From: an uncultured Gammaproteobacteria bacterium
GTDB lineage: Bacteria; Patescibacteriota; Microgenomatia; Levybacterales; UBA12049
Direction of reading: 5' to 3'
Assembly: GCA_964503265.1 (NCBI GenBank)
Contig: CAZCYO010000001.1
Location: 25,119-89,118, forward strand
DNA: 64,000 nt
Below, piece after piece: positions 46,527 through 56,810 of this stretch (within the stretch, counting starts at the first letter, position 1; every line of letters starts with the position of its first letter). Below the pieces are notes generated by a model. That model made no database searches. It worked only from the letters and a program-made list of their open reading frames with translations, and had not been told where the DNA came from. The position numbers and the translations under genes are program-made.

Positions 46527-47800
46527 TATCTTTTAATTTCTTTGTTCTTATTTCCTTGATCTTGCCAGATTTGATAAAAGTAGGCTTTTATATCTCCTTC
46601 ACTATAACTAATTGCACCGTATTTAGTAATTTGCTCTCTTGCAGCAATTCGCTGATGATCAATTCCTTTGTCTGTTGGAAGTTCCAAAAGTGCTTTGACG
46701 TTATAAAAACCATAATAAAGCCAATATACACTAAAAAGTGTTATGAAAATTGGCCGATTAATGTTAATTAATCGATACATGATATATACGATCATATAGA
46801 TCACAAGTGGCATGTGAAGTAAAAAATAATAGTCAGAAATACTTCCTTTATATAACGTAAATCCGATGACTGGAACGGCAAACCATGGAATCATCAGAAG
46901 GCCGAGTTGTTGTAGTTTTTTATCTTTCTCAAACGCTGTAAGAATAAAAAATACAGCTGGAATAATATATTTTAACATTGCTAATTGTTTAAAGAACAGG
47001 AGAGCTTCGAATTGAACAAGCGACTGTGGAAGTCGAAAAAAGAAAAAACGTAAATGAAATGATTGAGTATATGAACTATTAAAATCTTTTATTCGATATG
47101 TTTCCCCATGTGCTCCCTGTATATCGAAAATGATGGTCGGAATAAAGAAAAGAACATAGACAAAAAAACTTGGAATAATATACTTGATACTTTGTTTCCA
47201 GTCTTTAAAAAATATCAGTGAAAGTACAATAATTGGTGGAATAAAAAGAAATGTAAAGTGAAGATGAAAAAATAGTCCCGATAACGCTGCAAGGATAGGG
47301 AACCAGTAATATTTTTTTTGATACAGCTGGTAAATTCCATAATACAGGAGAATAGAAACAGCCGGAACAAGTGAGACGTTATATTGAATTTGACTTTGGT
47401 GGATCAGATAAAAACTAAAAATATAGAGTGTTGATGCAGCGACAGCAACCTTTTCTGAAAATAGTTTTTTCGAAACGAAATAAAATACACAGATATTGAT
47501 AATGTACGCGATCATGACAGAATAATTACTGGCAACAGGGTCCAGATTCGTGAAATAGAAAAAAGGCGCTAGGAAGTAAAAATAAAATGGTCCAATTGGA
47601 ATACGTCCAGCTCCTGTTATGGGGCCATCTAGGACGAGTTGTCCGCGAAGAAGATCTCGGACTTTCCATGCATCTCGAGCCTGATCCCACCCAAATTCCT
47701 GAGTTACGTTAATAGCATGGAATCGAAGATAAAAACCAATAAGAACGAGAAGAAGAAAGAGAAGATAATATTTGTAGCGGAATATAAAAGCCATCTTCAT
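46523..47800 (-). CDS. GT-C membrane glycosyltransferase (PMT/ArnT GT39/83-like)
   Basis: F.WDQARDAWKVRDLL...GP first-loop motif, ~11 TM. Confidence 0.5.
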   Translation of the reverse strand: MKMAFIFRYKYYLLFLLLVLIGFYLRFHAINVTQEFGWDQARDAWKVRDLLRGQLVLDGPITGAGRIPIGPFYFYFLAPFFYFTNLDPVASNYSVMIAYIINICVFYFVSKKLFSEKVAVAASTLYIFSFYLIHQSQIQYNVSLVPAVSILLYYGIYQLYQKKYYWFPILAALSGLFFHLHFTFLFIPPIIVLSLIFFKDWKQSIKYIIPSFFVYVLFFIPTIIFDIQGAHGETYRIKDFNSSYTQSFHLRFFFFRLPQSLVQFEALLFFKQLAMLKYIIPAVFFILTAFEKDKKLQQLGLLMIPWFAVPVIGFTLYKGSISDYYFLLHMPLVIYMIVYIMYRLININRPIFITLFSVYWLYYGFYNVKALLELPTDKGIDHQRIAAREQITKYGAISYSEGDIKAYFYQIWQDQGNKNKEIKRY

Positions 47801-47860
47801 AAGTGTATCATTGTGCTTCTTTTATTGCATCTGCAGCGCTAGACACTCATAGAAAACTCT

Positions 47861-47885
47861 GTCATTCCCGACTTGATCGGGAATC
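47861..47885. repeat. hairpin repeat GTCATTCCCG-loop-CGGGAATC
   Basis: gtcattcccgacttgatcgggaatc. Confidence 0.7.
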
Positions 47886-47896
47886 TTACCAAATAG

Positions 47897-47920
47897 ATTC
47901 CCGTTTTCACGGGAATGACA
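47897..47920. repeat. hairpin repeat identical to 7729..7752
   Basis: gattcccgttttcacgggaatgaca. Confidence 0.7.
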
Positions 47921-47975
47921 TTTATTTTTGAGAATCTCGTTTGCTTCCCATTTCATTTGCTCGTATAATAATCAT

Positions 47976-49514
47976 ATGGTTCTTATAAAAAAGTATTGGA
48001 AAGAAATACTCATCAGTCTAGCACTTGTAGTTGGATATTTTTTCCTTCGTCTCCTTTCTTTACAAAGCCTCCCTATTTTTACTGATGAAGCTATTTATGT
48101 TAGATGGGCACAAATTGCACTTCAGGATGCGAACTGGCGATTCATATCTCTAACTGATGGTAAGCAACCTATGTATGTCTGGGTTGCGCTTATTTTCATT
48201 AAATTTATTCAGGATCCACTAATCGCTGGACGAATGGTATCTGTAGTTTGTGGGTTTTTTACATTGGTTGGTTTGTGGCTTCTATCATATGAGCTATTTA
48301 AAAATAAACGAATGGCTTTTTTGACTGCACTGTTATATGTCGTTTTCCCTTTTGCACAAGTGCTTGATCGGATGGCTCTCTATGACAGTATGGTAGGCGC
48401 ATTTGCTGTTTGGGGGCTTTATTTATCGATTCTTCTTGTTAGGCACAGAACAGTGACTAATGCATATACACTTGGTATTATTTGGGGAGGAGGAGTGCTT
48501 ACTAAGACGAATGCGTTTTTTAGTATTGCAGCAGTACCACTTACTCTCCTTTTAGGTAACTTTGAAAGAAAAAATTGGAAAAAAGAAATCGTACGCTGGA
48601 TACTGCTTGCAGGGTTTGCTGCAATCATTTCTCAGGTAATGTATACGATCCTTCGATTGTCTCCACTTTACGGCATGATTAATACGAAGAATGCTACCTT
48701 TGTTTATCCAGTTGGTGAATGGATTCATCACCCTTTAACCTATTTCTCTGGGAATTTTCATGGATTAACTAGTTGGTTACTCCAATATCTAGGAATCTCA
48801 TATTCGTTACTCCTCGTTCTTGGACTAGGCGTTTTTATGAAAGAATGGAAAGAAAAAGTTGTCCTATTTATCTACTTTTTGGCTCCATTTATATTTCTCG
48901 CACTATTTGGAAAAGTTATTTTCCCTCGTTTTATTTTCTTTACGAGCCTTATGCTACTTCCAATTATTGGATGGGGACTTAATTTTATTTTAAATGGTAT
49001 TTCCTATTTTCTAAAATCAAAAGATAAACAGTTTATCTCTATAACTCAGATACTTGTCGTGATTCTCTTTATTATATATCCGCTTTATACGTCAGTCACT
49101 TTTGCCGTTGATCCGACAAAGGCTCCTATCGCTGATGCAGATAATGTGCAATATATAAACGGATGGAACGCAGGATGGGGTGTTGATCAAAGTATCGAAT
49201 TATTTAAAAAAGAAGCGCAGGATAAAAAAATATTTATCGGTACAGAAGGAACATTCGGTATGATGCCTTTTGCACTTGAAATGCAGCTTGTTGATAATCC
49301 AAATATAATTCTAAAAGGGTATTGGGGATTTGATAAAACACTTCCAGATGAAGCTTTGGTCTATGCTAAACAAATGCCAGCATATTTCGTGTTCTATCAA
49401 CCCAACCATCGTCCACAGCTAGATGCAAATTTGTATCCAATGAAATTAGTATTTAAAGTCCAACAAGGAAATACAAATTATTATTATTCGGTTTACCAAA
49501 TCATCTCCCGATAA
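47976..49514 (+). CDS. GT-C membrane glycosyltransferase (PMT/ArnT-like)
   Basis: FTDEAIYVRWAQ (DE motif loop 1), ~12 TM; track ORF begins at TTG 47928. Confidence 0.5.
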   Translation: MVLIKKYWKEILISLALVVGYFFLRLLSLQSLPIFTDEAIYVRWAQIALQDANWRFISLTDGKQPMYVWVALIFIKFIQDPLIAGRMVSVVCGFFTLVGLWLLSYELFKNKRMAFLTALLYVVFPFAQVLDRMALYDSMVGAFAVWGLYLSILLVRHRTVTNAYTLGIIWGGGVLTKTNAFFSIAAVPLTLLLGNFERKNWKKEIVRWILLAGFAAIISQVMYTILRLSPLYGMINTKNATFVYPVGEWIHHPLTYFSGNFHGLTSWLLQYLGISYSLLLVLGLGVFMKEWKEKVVLFIYFLAPFIFLALFGKVIFPRFIFFTSLMLLPIIGWGLNFILNGISYFLKSKDKQFISITQILVVILFIIYPLYTSVTFAVDPTKAPIADADNVQYINGWNAGWGVDQSIELFKKEAQDKKIFIGTEGTFGMMPFALEMQLVDNPNIILKGYWGFDKTLPDEALVYAKQMPAYFVFYQPNHRPQLDANLYPMKLVFKVQQGNTNYYYSVYQIISR

Positions 49515-49516
49515 GT

Positions 49517-51106
49517 ATGGAACTAGTAAAACATATTCTGAGAGCAAAGCTTTTTACTATCATACTTATTCTGTTATGCTCACTTCCACTTATTTTTCCA
49601 TTATTCCATCCAGGATTTTTTGTCTCAGACGATGGAGATATATTGATAATACGTTTAACTGCTTTTCATGAAGCTTTTGCACAGGGTCAATTTCCTGTTC
49701 GACTTATTCCACGATTATATTTCCATTATGGTTATCCGGTAAGTAATTTTTTATACCCAGGATATCTATATATTTCAGAAGCATTTCACCTAATTCATTT
49801 CGGATTTATTAATTCTATAAAAATACTACTCATTCTTTCTCTCAGTTTGAGTGGAGTATTTACTTATTTGTGGCTTAACAAATGGTTAAAAAAATTCCCA
49901 AGTATCATCGGAAGTTTAGTATATTTGTATGCTCCATATCATTATTACGATATGTATAAACGTGGATCTATAGGAGAAGTGTTGGCTCTTGCAGTTGTGC
50001 CATTTGTTTTTTGGGTGATGGAACTGCGATATGTTTCATTAATTATTATTGGGTTATCTTTTCTTATTATTTCACACAATACGCTTGCTATAGTCTTTCT
50101 CCCATTACTTGTTAGTTACTATTTTATTCGACATAAGGTATGGCAGCGAAAAAATGAAATCCTCCGCATGAGTCTTTTTCTCATTATTTCTCTACTAATT
50201 TCATCTTTCTTCTGGATACCTGCACTCTATGAATTGCACTATACGATTTTCTCACAGACAACAGTCAGTGAAATAGGAAATTATTTTATCCAACCGGATC
50301 ATATGCTTTTTGGAAAATTGAGTTACTTTTATTTGGTTGTAACTGCAGGTATTTCATTTGTTCTTTTCAAATACAGACAGAAAGTAGAGAAAATAAACAT
50401 GGCTTTACTAACTTTTCTAGGATTTTTTAGCACAATTGCATTATTCTTAAATACTTCACAGAGTGTAATTATTTGGAATACTTTACCAATTTCATTTATT
50501 CAATTTCCGTTTCGTTTGTTCGCTATTACTATGATTTTCTTTGCGATGGTGGTGGCTATCGTAATCGATATGATAAAAGGTAAAAAGCAATATGTTGTTG
50601 GCGTAGTACTTGCTATTCTTTTTATTGGCCCTTTATTCTTTTTTATTCGACCTCAAGAATATTCAGGAAGAGATGACATGTTTTATTCAACGAATGATGA
50701 TTCAACAACGATAAAAAATGAATACTTACCGACATGGGTTAAAGAGCGATCTTTTTCAAAACCAAAATCAGAAATAGAAGGCAAAGGAGTAACATATCTT
50801 GGAGAAAAGAAAGGCACATACATGATAGATGTTACAGGAGATAGTTCGCGAAACATGAGATTTAACATGATTTATTATCCAGGATGGGTTGCAAAAGCAG
50901 ATGGAGTTATGATCCCAATTAGTTACAACAACAATAAAGGAGTAATGGATGTCGTAATACCGAGAAACACTAATCAAGTGACATTTATGTTTACTGAAAC
51001 ACCAGTTCGAATGATTAGTAATATTTTGTCAATTATCGGTCTTATATTCTTAGGTATAGTACTTGTTCGAGATATAACAATATATTATGCAGCTAGTAAA
51101 AAATAA
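49517..51106 (+). CDS. polytopic membrane protein, paralog A
   Basis: PLFHPGFFVSDDGD...FPVRLIP...GYP..FLYPGYLYI; 13+ TM. Confidence 0.4.
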   Translation: MELVKHILRAKLFTIILILLCSLPLIFPLFHPGFFVSDDGDILIIRLTAFHEAFAQGQFPVRLIPRLYFHYGYPVSNFLYPGYLYISEAFHLIHFGFINSIKILLILSLSLSGVFTYLWLNKWLKKFPSIIGSLVYLYAPYHYYDMYKRGSIGEVLALAVVPFVFWVMELRYVSLIIIGLSFLIISHNTLAIVFLPLLVSYYFIRHKVWQRKNEILRMSLFLIISLLISSFFWIPALYELHYTIFSQTTVSEIGNYFIQPDHMLFGKLSYFYLVVTAGISFVLFKYRQKVEKINMALLTFLGFFSTIALFLNTSQSVIIWNTLPISFIQFPFRLFAITMIFFAMVVAIVIDMIKGKKQYVVGVVLAILFIGPLFFFIRPQEYSGRDDMFYSTNDDSTTIKNEYLPTWVKERSFSKPKSEIEGKGVTYLGEKKGTYMIDVTGDSSRNMRFNMIYYPGWVAKADGVMIPISYNNNKGVMDVVIPRNTNQVTFMFTETPVRMISNILSIIGLIFLGIVLVRDITIYYAASKK

Positions 51107-52784
51107 ATCATTTTTCTATTTAGTACTTCTTTGTGTGCTATCAGTGCTAACTGTATTACCATTTTTTTATAATGGTTTTTTCACGATGCATGATAATACT
51201 CAGGTAGCTCGTGTTTCAGAGATGTCACTCAGTCTTCGTGACGGAATGATACCCGTTCGTTGGGTGATGAATCTAGGATATGGATATGGGTATCCTATTT
51301 TTACGTTCTATGCGCCTTTTGCATATTATATAGGTGCTTTCTGGATGACTTTTGGACTAGATGCTCTTGTTGCTACAAAACTAATGATGATGAGTGGCGT
51401 TATATTAGCAGGTATGTTTATGTATTTGTTTGCAAAAGATATCTGGGGAGAAGAAGGAGGGTTTGTTGCCGCTCTTTTCTACTTATTTGCTCCATATCAT
51501 GCAGTGAATATTTATGTACGAGGTGCGGTTGCAGAGTTTTGGGGAATGGCTTTTTTACCCTTACTTTTTTATGGGATATGGAATACCTATAAAACAGGAA
51601 AATGGCGTTATGTATGTATAAGCAGTATCGCATACGCAGGCATTATTCTGTCACACAACTTAACTGCGATGATGGTTACACCGTTTGTTCTTGTTGTTAT
51701 TGGTGGGATGAAAATCATGTATCTCTCAAGAAAAGAATATAAAAAAATACTACCACTTGGAATACTTTTGATACTCGGAATAACACTTTCTGCATTTTAT
51801 TGGCTTCCAGCAGTTACAGAGATGAAGTACACGAATGTTGTTTCACAAATAACAGGAACAGGTTCAAAATTTGGTGATCACTTTGTTTGCATGAATCAGT
51901 TGTGGGATAGTGCATGGGGATATGCTGGCTCAGCACCAGGATGTGTTGATGGTATTTCATTTAGAATCGGTAAGCTTCATATTCTTTTTACTATTATCGG
52001 GATTATTCTAGGAATTTTTATCTACAAAAAGAATAGAGAAAAAGGAATTATACTTGGTGGAAGTATTTTATTTTTTTTCGCAGCAACTTTTTTAACACTT
52101 CAAAACTCTGAACTTCTCTGGAAAAGCATTTCTGCGATGTCGTATTTTCAATTTCCGTGGCGCTTTCTGTTACTTGTCGTATTCTTTTCATCATTTATTA
52201 GTGGAGGAGTGATCTGGTATGTCCGTGAATACCTTCAAAACCAAAGAATACTATTTTATGCTTTTCTTATTGGAGTCATGCTTGGGTGCATACTATTATA
52301 TTCAAAATTATTTGTTCCACAACTCTTAACTCAAGATACAGCTAAATCACTAACTGATTCCAAATCAATTCGTTTTACTATTTCTAAAATATCAGATGAG
52401 TATATGCCTAAAAATTTTCACAAACCTTTGACCGAAAGTGACGTAGTAACTGAAAAAAGTGCCATTATTAATGGCCAAGGAACAATTAATGAACAACCTA
52501 TACTGTCCTATGCTCAGGGATATTCTGTTGAAGCTATTACTCCTGTTACTCTTCTTTTGCGAACTGCGCCGTTTCCAGCATGGAGAACATATATTGATGG
52601 CAAAGAAGTACCACACACGAATCTGACGTCAGGAATGAAGGTAGTAGTTCCGATCGGAACACATATGGTATCAGCACAATATATATCAACATGGATTGAA
52701 ATGACAGGAAATCTAATAACTCTTACTAGTATGCTAGGGCTTGTTATTGGTATAATTTATTTGCATAAGAAAAACATGCTCTAA
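51087..52784 (+). CDS. polytopic membrane protein, paralog B of 49517..51106
   Basis: PFFYNGFFTMHDN...IPVRWVMNLGYGYGYPIFTFYAPFAYYI aligns with paralog A; YLFAPYH shared. Confidence 0.4.
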   Translation: MQLVKNKSFFYLVLLCVLSVLTVLPFFYNGFFTMHDNTQVARVSEMSLSLRDGMIPVRWVMNLGYGYGYPIFTFYAPFAYYIGAFWMTFGLDALVATKLMMMSGVILAGMFMYLFAKDIWGEEGGFVAALFYLFAPYHAVNIYVRGAVAEFWGMAFLPLLFYGIWNTYKTGKWRYVCISSIAYAGIILSHNLTAMMVTPFVLVVIGGMKIMYLSRKEYKKILPLGILLILGITLSAFYWLPAVTEMKYTNVVSQITGTGSKFGDHFVCMNQLWDSAWGYAGSAPGCVDGISFRIGKLHILFTIIGIILGIFIYKKNREKGIILGGSILFFFAATFLTLQNSELLWKSISAMSYFQFPWRFLLLVVFFSSFISGGVIWYVREYLQNQRILFYAFLIGVMLGCILLYSKLFVPQLLTQDTAKSLTDSKSIRFTISKISDEYMPKNFHKPLTESDVVTEKSAIINGQGTINEQPILSYAQGYSVEAITPVTLLLRTAPFPAWRTYIDGKEVPHTNLTSGMKVVVPIGTHMVSAQYISTWIEMTGNLITLTSMLGLVIGIIYLHKKNML

Positions 52785-52791
52785 TCTATTT

Positions 52792-53541
52792 ATGGCTGCA
52801 AAGAAACTTTCACTTGAAATTACAATCCCTGTCTATAATGAAGAAAAAGAGCTTGAGGATAGTATTTTAAAACTCCATACTTTCTGTAAAAAAAACATGC
52901 AAGACTATGCGTGGCGAATAACTATCGCAGATAACGCGTCAAGTGATAATACACCAGTTATTGGAGCGACTCTTGCTAAGAAATACTCTGAAATAAAATT
53001 ATTTCGTTTAGAAGAAAAGGGAAGAGGACGTGCTGTAAAGAGGGCATGGAGTGAGTCAGATTGTGATATTTGTGCTTATATGGACTTGGACCTTTCGACA
53101 GATTTAAAGCATCTCCCAGCCCTTTGTAAGGCGCTTGAAAATGGATATGATATTGCGATTGGATCTCGACTCAAAAAGGGAGCGCTTGTTGAGGGAAGAA
53201 CAATGCTTCGAGAAATAACGTCTCGTACACTTAATTTCTTTTTTATTAAATTATGGTTCCAAACATCATTTACTGATGCACAGTGTGGTTTTAAAGCAGT
53301 TACGCGAGACGTTGTTGAGAAACTTATTCCAAAAATTCAGGATAATGGATGGTTTTTTGATGGAGAATTACTTATCGTTGGTGAGAAAAGTGGATATAAC
53401 ATATATGAAGAGCCCGTGCACTGGGTAGATAATCCTGGTTCAACAGTTCGCCTTATTTCAACTATTTCAGGGGATATACGAGTAATGTTTCGATTACTTA
53501 CTACTAAGCCATGGAAACAGATCTCATCGAACCTAACATAG
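52792..53541 (+). CDS. GT2 glycosyltransferase (DPM1-like)
   Basis: ITIPVYNEE...ITIADNASSDNT, DLD, QCGFK. Confidence 0.85.
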   Translation: MAAKKLSLEITIPVYNEEKELEDSILKLHTFCKKNMQDYAWRITIADNASSDNTPVIGATLAKKYSEIKLFRLEEKGRGRAVKRAWSESDCDICAYMDLDLSTDLKHLPALCKALENGYDIAIGSRLKKGALVEGRTMLREITSRTLNFFFIKLWFQTSFTDAQCGFKAVTRDVVEKLIPKIQDNGWFFDGELLIVGEKSGYNIYEEPVHWVDNPGSTVRLISTISGDIRVMFRLLTTKPWKQISSNLT

Positions 53542-54983
53542 AAGTCACACATGTGGGGCGAAAGTCAGTGTACGGAATTCTCGCACTTATTTCTCGTCAA
53601 TTTGTGCTGCAAATAATCTCAGTTATTGCCTTTCTTATTATCTCAGCTCGTTTATCAGTATCTGAAATTGGTATCTATACAGCCGTAATTGCGATTCAAC
53701 GAGTAATAAGTTTTTTTACTGATTTTGGAATTGGCGCAGCATTAGTTCAAAAGAAAGAAGAATTGACTCATGCAGATCTTACAACGAGCTTTTCTATTCA
53801 ATCAATTGTAACGCTGAGCATATTTTTAATTGTGTTTTCGCTTCAAAGCATTTTGTTCCCTTTTTTTAAACTTGATGCAAATGGAGGAGCGTTGTTACTC
53901 GTCCTAGTTTTTTCTATTTTCCTTTCGTCGTTTAAAGTAATTCCTTCAATTTTACTTGAGAGAAAAATACAATTTGAAAAACTTATTATTCCACAGATTG
54001 CTGAATCACTTGTTTTTAATATTGTTTTAATTGTTTTAGTATTACAAAACTTTGGAATAGCAAGCTATACATGGGCATTCCTTCTTTCCAGTTTAGTTGG
54101 AATACCAATCTATTTTATGATTTCTCCTTGGAAAATTGGACTTGGAATTGATCGGGATTCGCTGCATCATTTAAAGTTCGGGGCACAGTTTCAAATAAAA
54201 AATATTCTCGCTACTGTGAAAGACGATATGTTAACTGTTATCTTAACAAAGTTTTTAAGCTTTGGAGAAATTGGATATATCGGATTTGCTCAACGAATTT
54301 CATTTTTAACCTATCGGTTTGTTGTTGATAGTGTAACTAAAGTAACATTTTCTAGTTATGCACGTTTGCAACATGATGTGACAGTACTTAAAAAAGCGAT
54401 TGAAAAATCATTGTTTTATGTTAGTGCAAGTATGTTTCCTGTTTTAGTTGGATTGATCATTACAATGCCATATTTTATTGAATACTACGGTAAATGGCAC
54501 CACAAATGGGAACCAGCGATCATAAGTATAACCTTTTTCTCACTCAACGCGATGGTATCTTCACTTTCTGGGATTTTGGTAAATGTACTTGATGCGACGG
54601 GTAAAGTTAAATGGACACTGTATTTAATGGTTTTCTGGACAATTCTCACATGGATTTTAACACCTCTTTTGATTTGGTTATTTGGATATAATGGTGTTGC
54701 AGCAGCGTCATTCTTTGTTACATTAACAATTAGTATTACAATTTATCTTGTTAAAAAATACATTCCTTTCAGTTTTTGGGCAAGTATTATAAAGCCGCTT
54801 TTAGCAACTATTATCATGGGGTGTTTTGTCTTTATAATGACTCGTGTATTCGTTTCAAATATTGCGACACTTAGTCTCTGTATTGGTTTAGGTGGTATTA
54901 TTTATATAGCAGGGTTTTATCTTATTGCTCGAAATGAACTATATGAAGGGATAACGATAATTAGGAGAAAATATGGGAAATAA
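53511..54983 (+). CDS. Wzx-like polysaccharide flippase (MOP superfamily)
   Basis: 490 aa, ~14 TM, Polysacc_synt-type topology. Confidence 0.6.
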   Translation: METDLIEPNIEVTHVGRKSVYGILALISRQFVLQIISVIAFLIISARLSVSEIGIYTAVIAIQRVISFFTDFGIGAALVQKKEELTHADLTTSFSIQSIVTLSIFLIVFSLQSILFPFFKLDANGGALLLVLVFSIFLSSFKVIPSILLERKIQFEKLIIPQIAESLVFNIVLIVLVLQNFGIASYTWAFLLSSLVGIPIYFMISPWKIGLGIDRDSLHHLKFGAQFQIKNILATVKDDMLTVILTKFLSFGEIGYIGFAQRISFLTYRFVVDSVTKVTFSSYARLQHDVTVLKKAIEKSLFYVSASMFPVLVGLIITMPYFIEYYGKWHHKWEPAIISITFFSLNAMVSSLSGILVNVLDATGKVKWTLYLMVFWTILTWILTPLLIWLFGYNGVAAASFFVTLTISITIYLVKKYIPFSFWASIIKPLLATIIMGCFVFIMTRVFVSNIATLSLCIGLGGIIYIAGFYLIARNELYEGITIIRRKYGK

Positions 54984-55896
54984 AAATTTATCAGTTGTTA
55001 TATCAGTTCATAATGGAGAAGCACATTTAGCGGAATGTTTATCTTCTCTTAGTACTGTTGCCGGAGAAATAATTGTTGTAAACCACGATTCATCTGATAA
55101 AACAGTCGAGATTGCTGAAAAATTTGATGTTACACTTTATCATGAGAAAAATAATCCACAAAAAATTGATATTCAAAAAAACTTTGGATTTTCTAAAGTA
55201 ACAAAAGAATGGATATTTAGTTTGGATGCTGACGAAGAAATTACTCCTGAATTAGCACTTGAATTAAAGGAAATACTAGCTAGCCAATCAGAAATTGATG
55301 GATATGAAATTCCTCGACAAAATATAATTTTAGGTAAAGTAATACACCATGCAGGGTGGGCACCGGATTATCAATTACGTCTTTTTAGGAAGGGAAAAGG
55401 TTTATTTGAGAAAGAGCATGTACACGAATCAATTTCTATTGATGGAAAAATAGGAAAAATAAGAGCTGCAATTCTTCATCATAATTATGATTCAATAGCA
55501 CAGTATCTAAAAAAAATGATTGTCTATGCTGAAAATGAAGCAAATGAGAAAATACGTAACGGATATGTATTTAACTGGAAAGATGCTTTATGGATGCCAC
55601 AAAGTGAATTCTTAAGTCGTTATTTTGCTCGTGAAGGTTATAAAGATGGGTTGCACGGATTAGTTATTTGCTTACTCCAATCTGTGTATCATTTTACAAT
55701 CTTCTGTTATCTTTGGGAAAAGAATAATTTTCCAGAGAAAACTGAAGAAGAAGTTGTATCTGAAATTGATAGTGAAACAAATAAATTAATGAAAACAACT
55801 GGTTTCTGGATGACCAAACTTAAGATAGAGCGAACTGCTAATCCAGGCAAAAAGGTGACATATAAGATAATTAATAAAATTAAATCGTCACTATGA
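54973..55896 (+). CDS. GT2 glycosyltransferase
   Basis: LSVVISVHNGEAHLAECLSSL...VVNHDSSDKT, LDADE. Confidence 0.85.
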   Translation: MGNKNLSVVISVHNGEAHLAECLSSLSTVAGEIIVVNHDSSDKTVEIAEKFDVTLYHEKNNPQKIDIQKNFGFSKVTKEWIFSLDADEEITPELALELKEILASQSEIDGYEIPRQNIILGKVIHHAGWAPDYQLRLFRKGKGLFEKEHVHESISIDGKIGKIRAAILHHNYDSIAQYLKKMIVYAENEANEKIRNGYVFNWKDALWMPQSEFLSRYFAREGYKDGLHGLVICLLQSVYHFTIFCYLWEKNNFPEKTEEEVVSEIDSETNKLMKTTGFWMTKLKIERTANPGKKVTYKIINKIKSSL

Positions 55897-56810
55897 TTTC
55901 AATCTATATATCTATTCTTAATTTTAATGGGGCAAATGATACCAAGGAATGTTTGGCATCACTAAATAAGGCACTATTTGAATCACTCGAAGTGCATGTT
56001 ATTGTGCTTGATAATGGATCAAAAGAAAAACTTACAATAGACTCATCGCTTTATCAGAATCTATCTATAACAGTATTAAGAAACGAAGAAAATAAAGGGT
56101 TTAGCGGAGGACATAATGATGTAATCACATATGCTTTAGAAAAAAAAGCAGAATATATATTACTTCTTAATAATGATACGACAGTTGACCAAAAATTTCT
56201 TCAAGAACTGATAGGTGTTGCTGAAAAGAATGAAATATATGGAGCATTAGTTCCTAAAATATATTTTAGTAAAGGTCAAGAATATCATCATGATCGGTAT
56301 AAAGAAAATGAACGAGGGAAAGTTATTTGGTATGCTGGTGGGGTTATCGATTGGAATAACGTTATTGGAACACATGTTGGGGTAGACGAGGTAGATTCTG
56401 GGCAATTTGATGCTATAACAGAAACAGCATTTGCGACTGGATGTTGTTTGTTAGTCCGAAGTAGCGTGATTAAAAAAATAGGTATGTTCGATACTCGTTA
56501 TTTTCTTTATTATGAAGATGCAGACTTGTCTATGAGATTAAAAAATGCTGGATATTTGCTTGGATTTGTTCCGACCTCAATTATTTGGCATGATAACGCC
56601 AAGTCAGCAGGTGGATCGGGATCTGTGTTACAAGATTACTTTACAACACGAAATAGATTACTATTTGGATTTACCTATGCATCATTCAGAACCAAATTTG
56701 CACTCGTTAGGGAAGGTATGCGTTTTCTTCGAACTGGAAGAGAATGGCAAAAAAAAGGTGTGAAAGACTTTTTTATTCATAAGTTTGGGAGAGGAAGTTT
56801 TACACTATGA
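55893..56810 (+). CDS. GT2 glycosyltransferase (rhamnosyltransferase-like)
   Basis: VIVLDNGS, GFSGGHN, LLLNNDT. Confidence 0.85.
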   Translation: MISIYISILNFNGANDTKECLASLNKALFESLEVHVIVLDNGSKEKLTIDSSLYQNLSITVLRNEENKGFSGGHNDVITYALEKKAEYILLLNNDTTVDQKFLQELIGVAEKNEIYGALVPKIYFSKGQEYHHDRYKENERGKVIWYAGGVIDWNNVIGTHVGVDEVDSGQFDAITETAFATGCCLLVRSSVIKKIGMFDTRYFLYYEDADLSMRLKNAGYLLGFVPTSIIWHDNAKSAGGSGSVLQDYFTTRNRLLFGFTYASFRTKFALVREGMRFLRTGREWQKKGVKDFFIHKFGRGSFTL

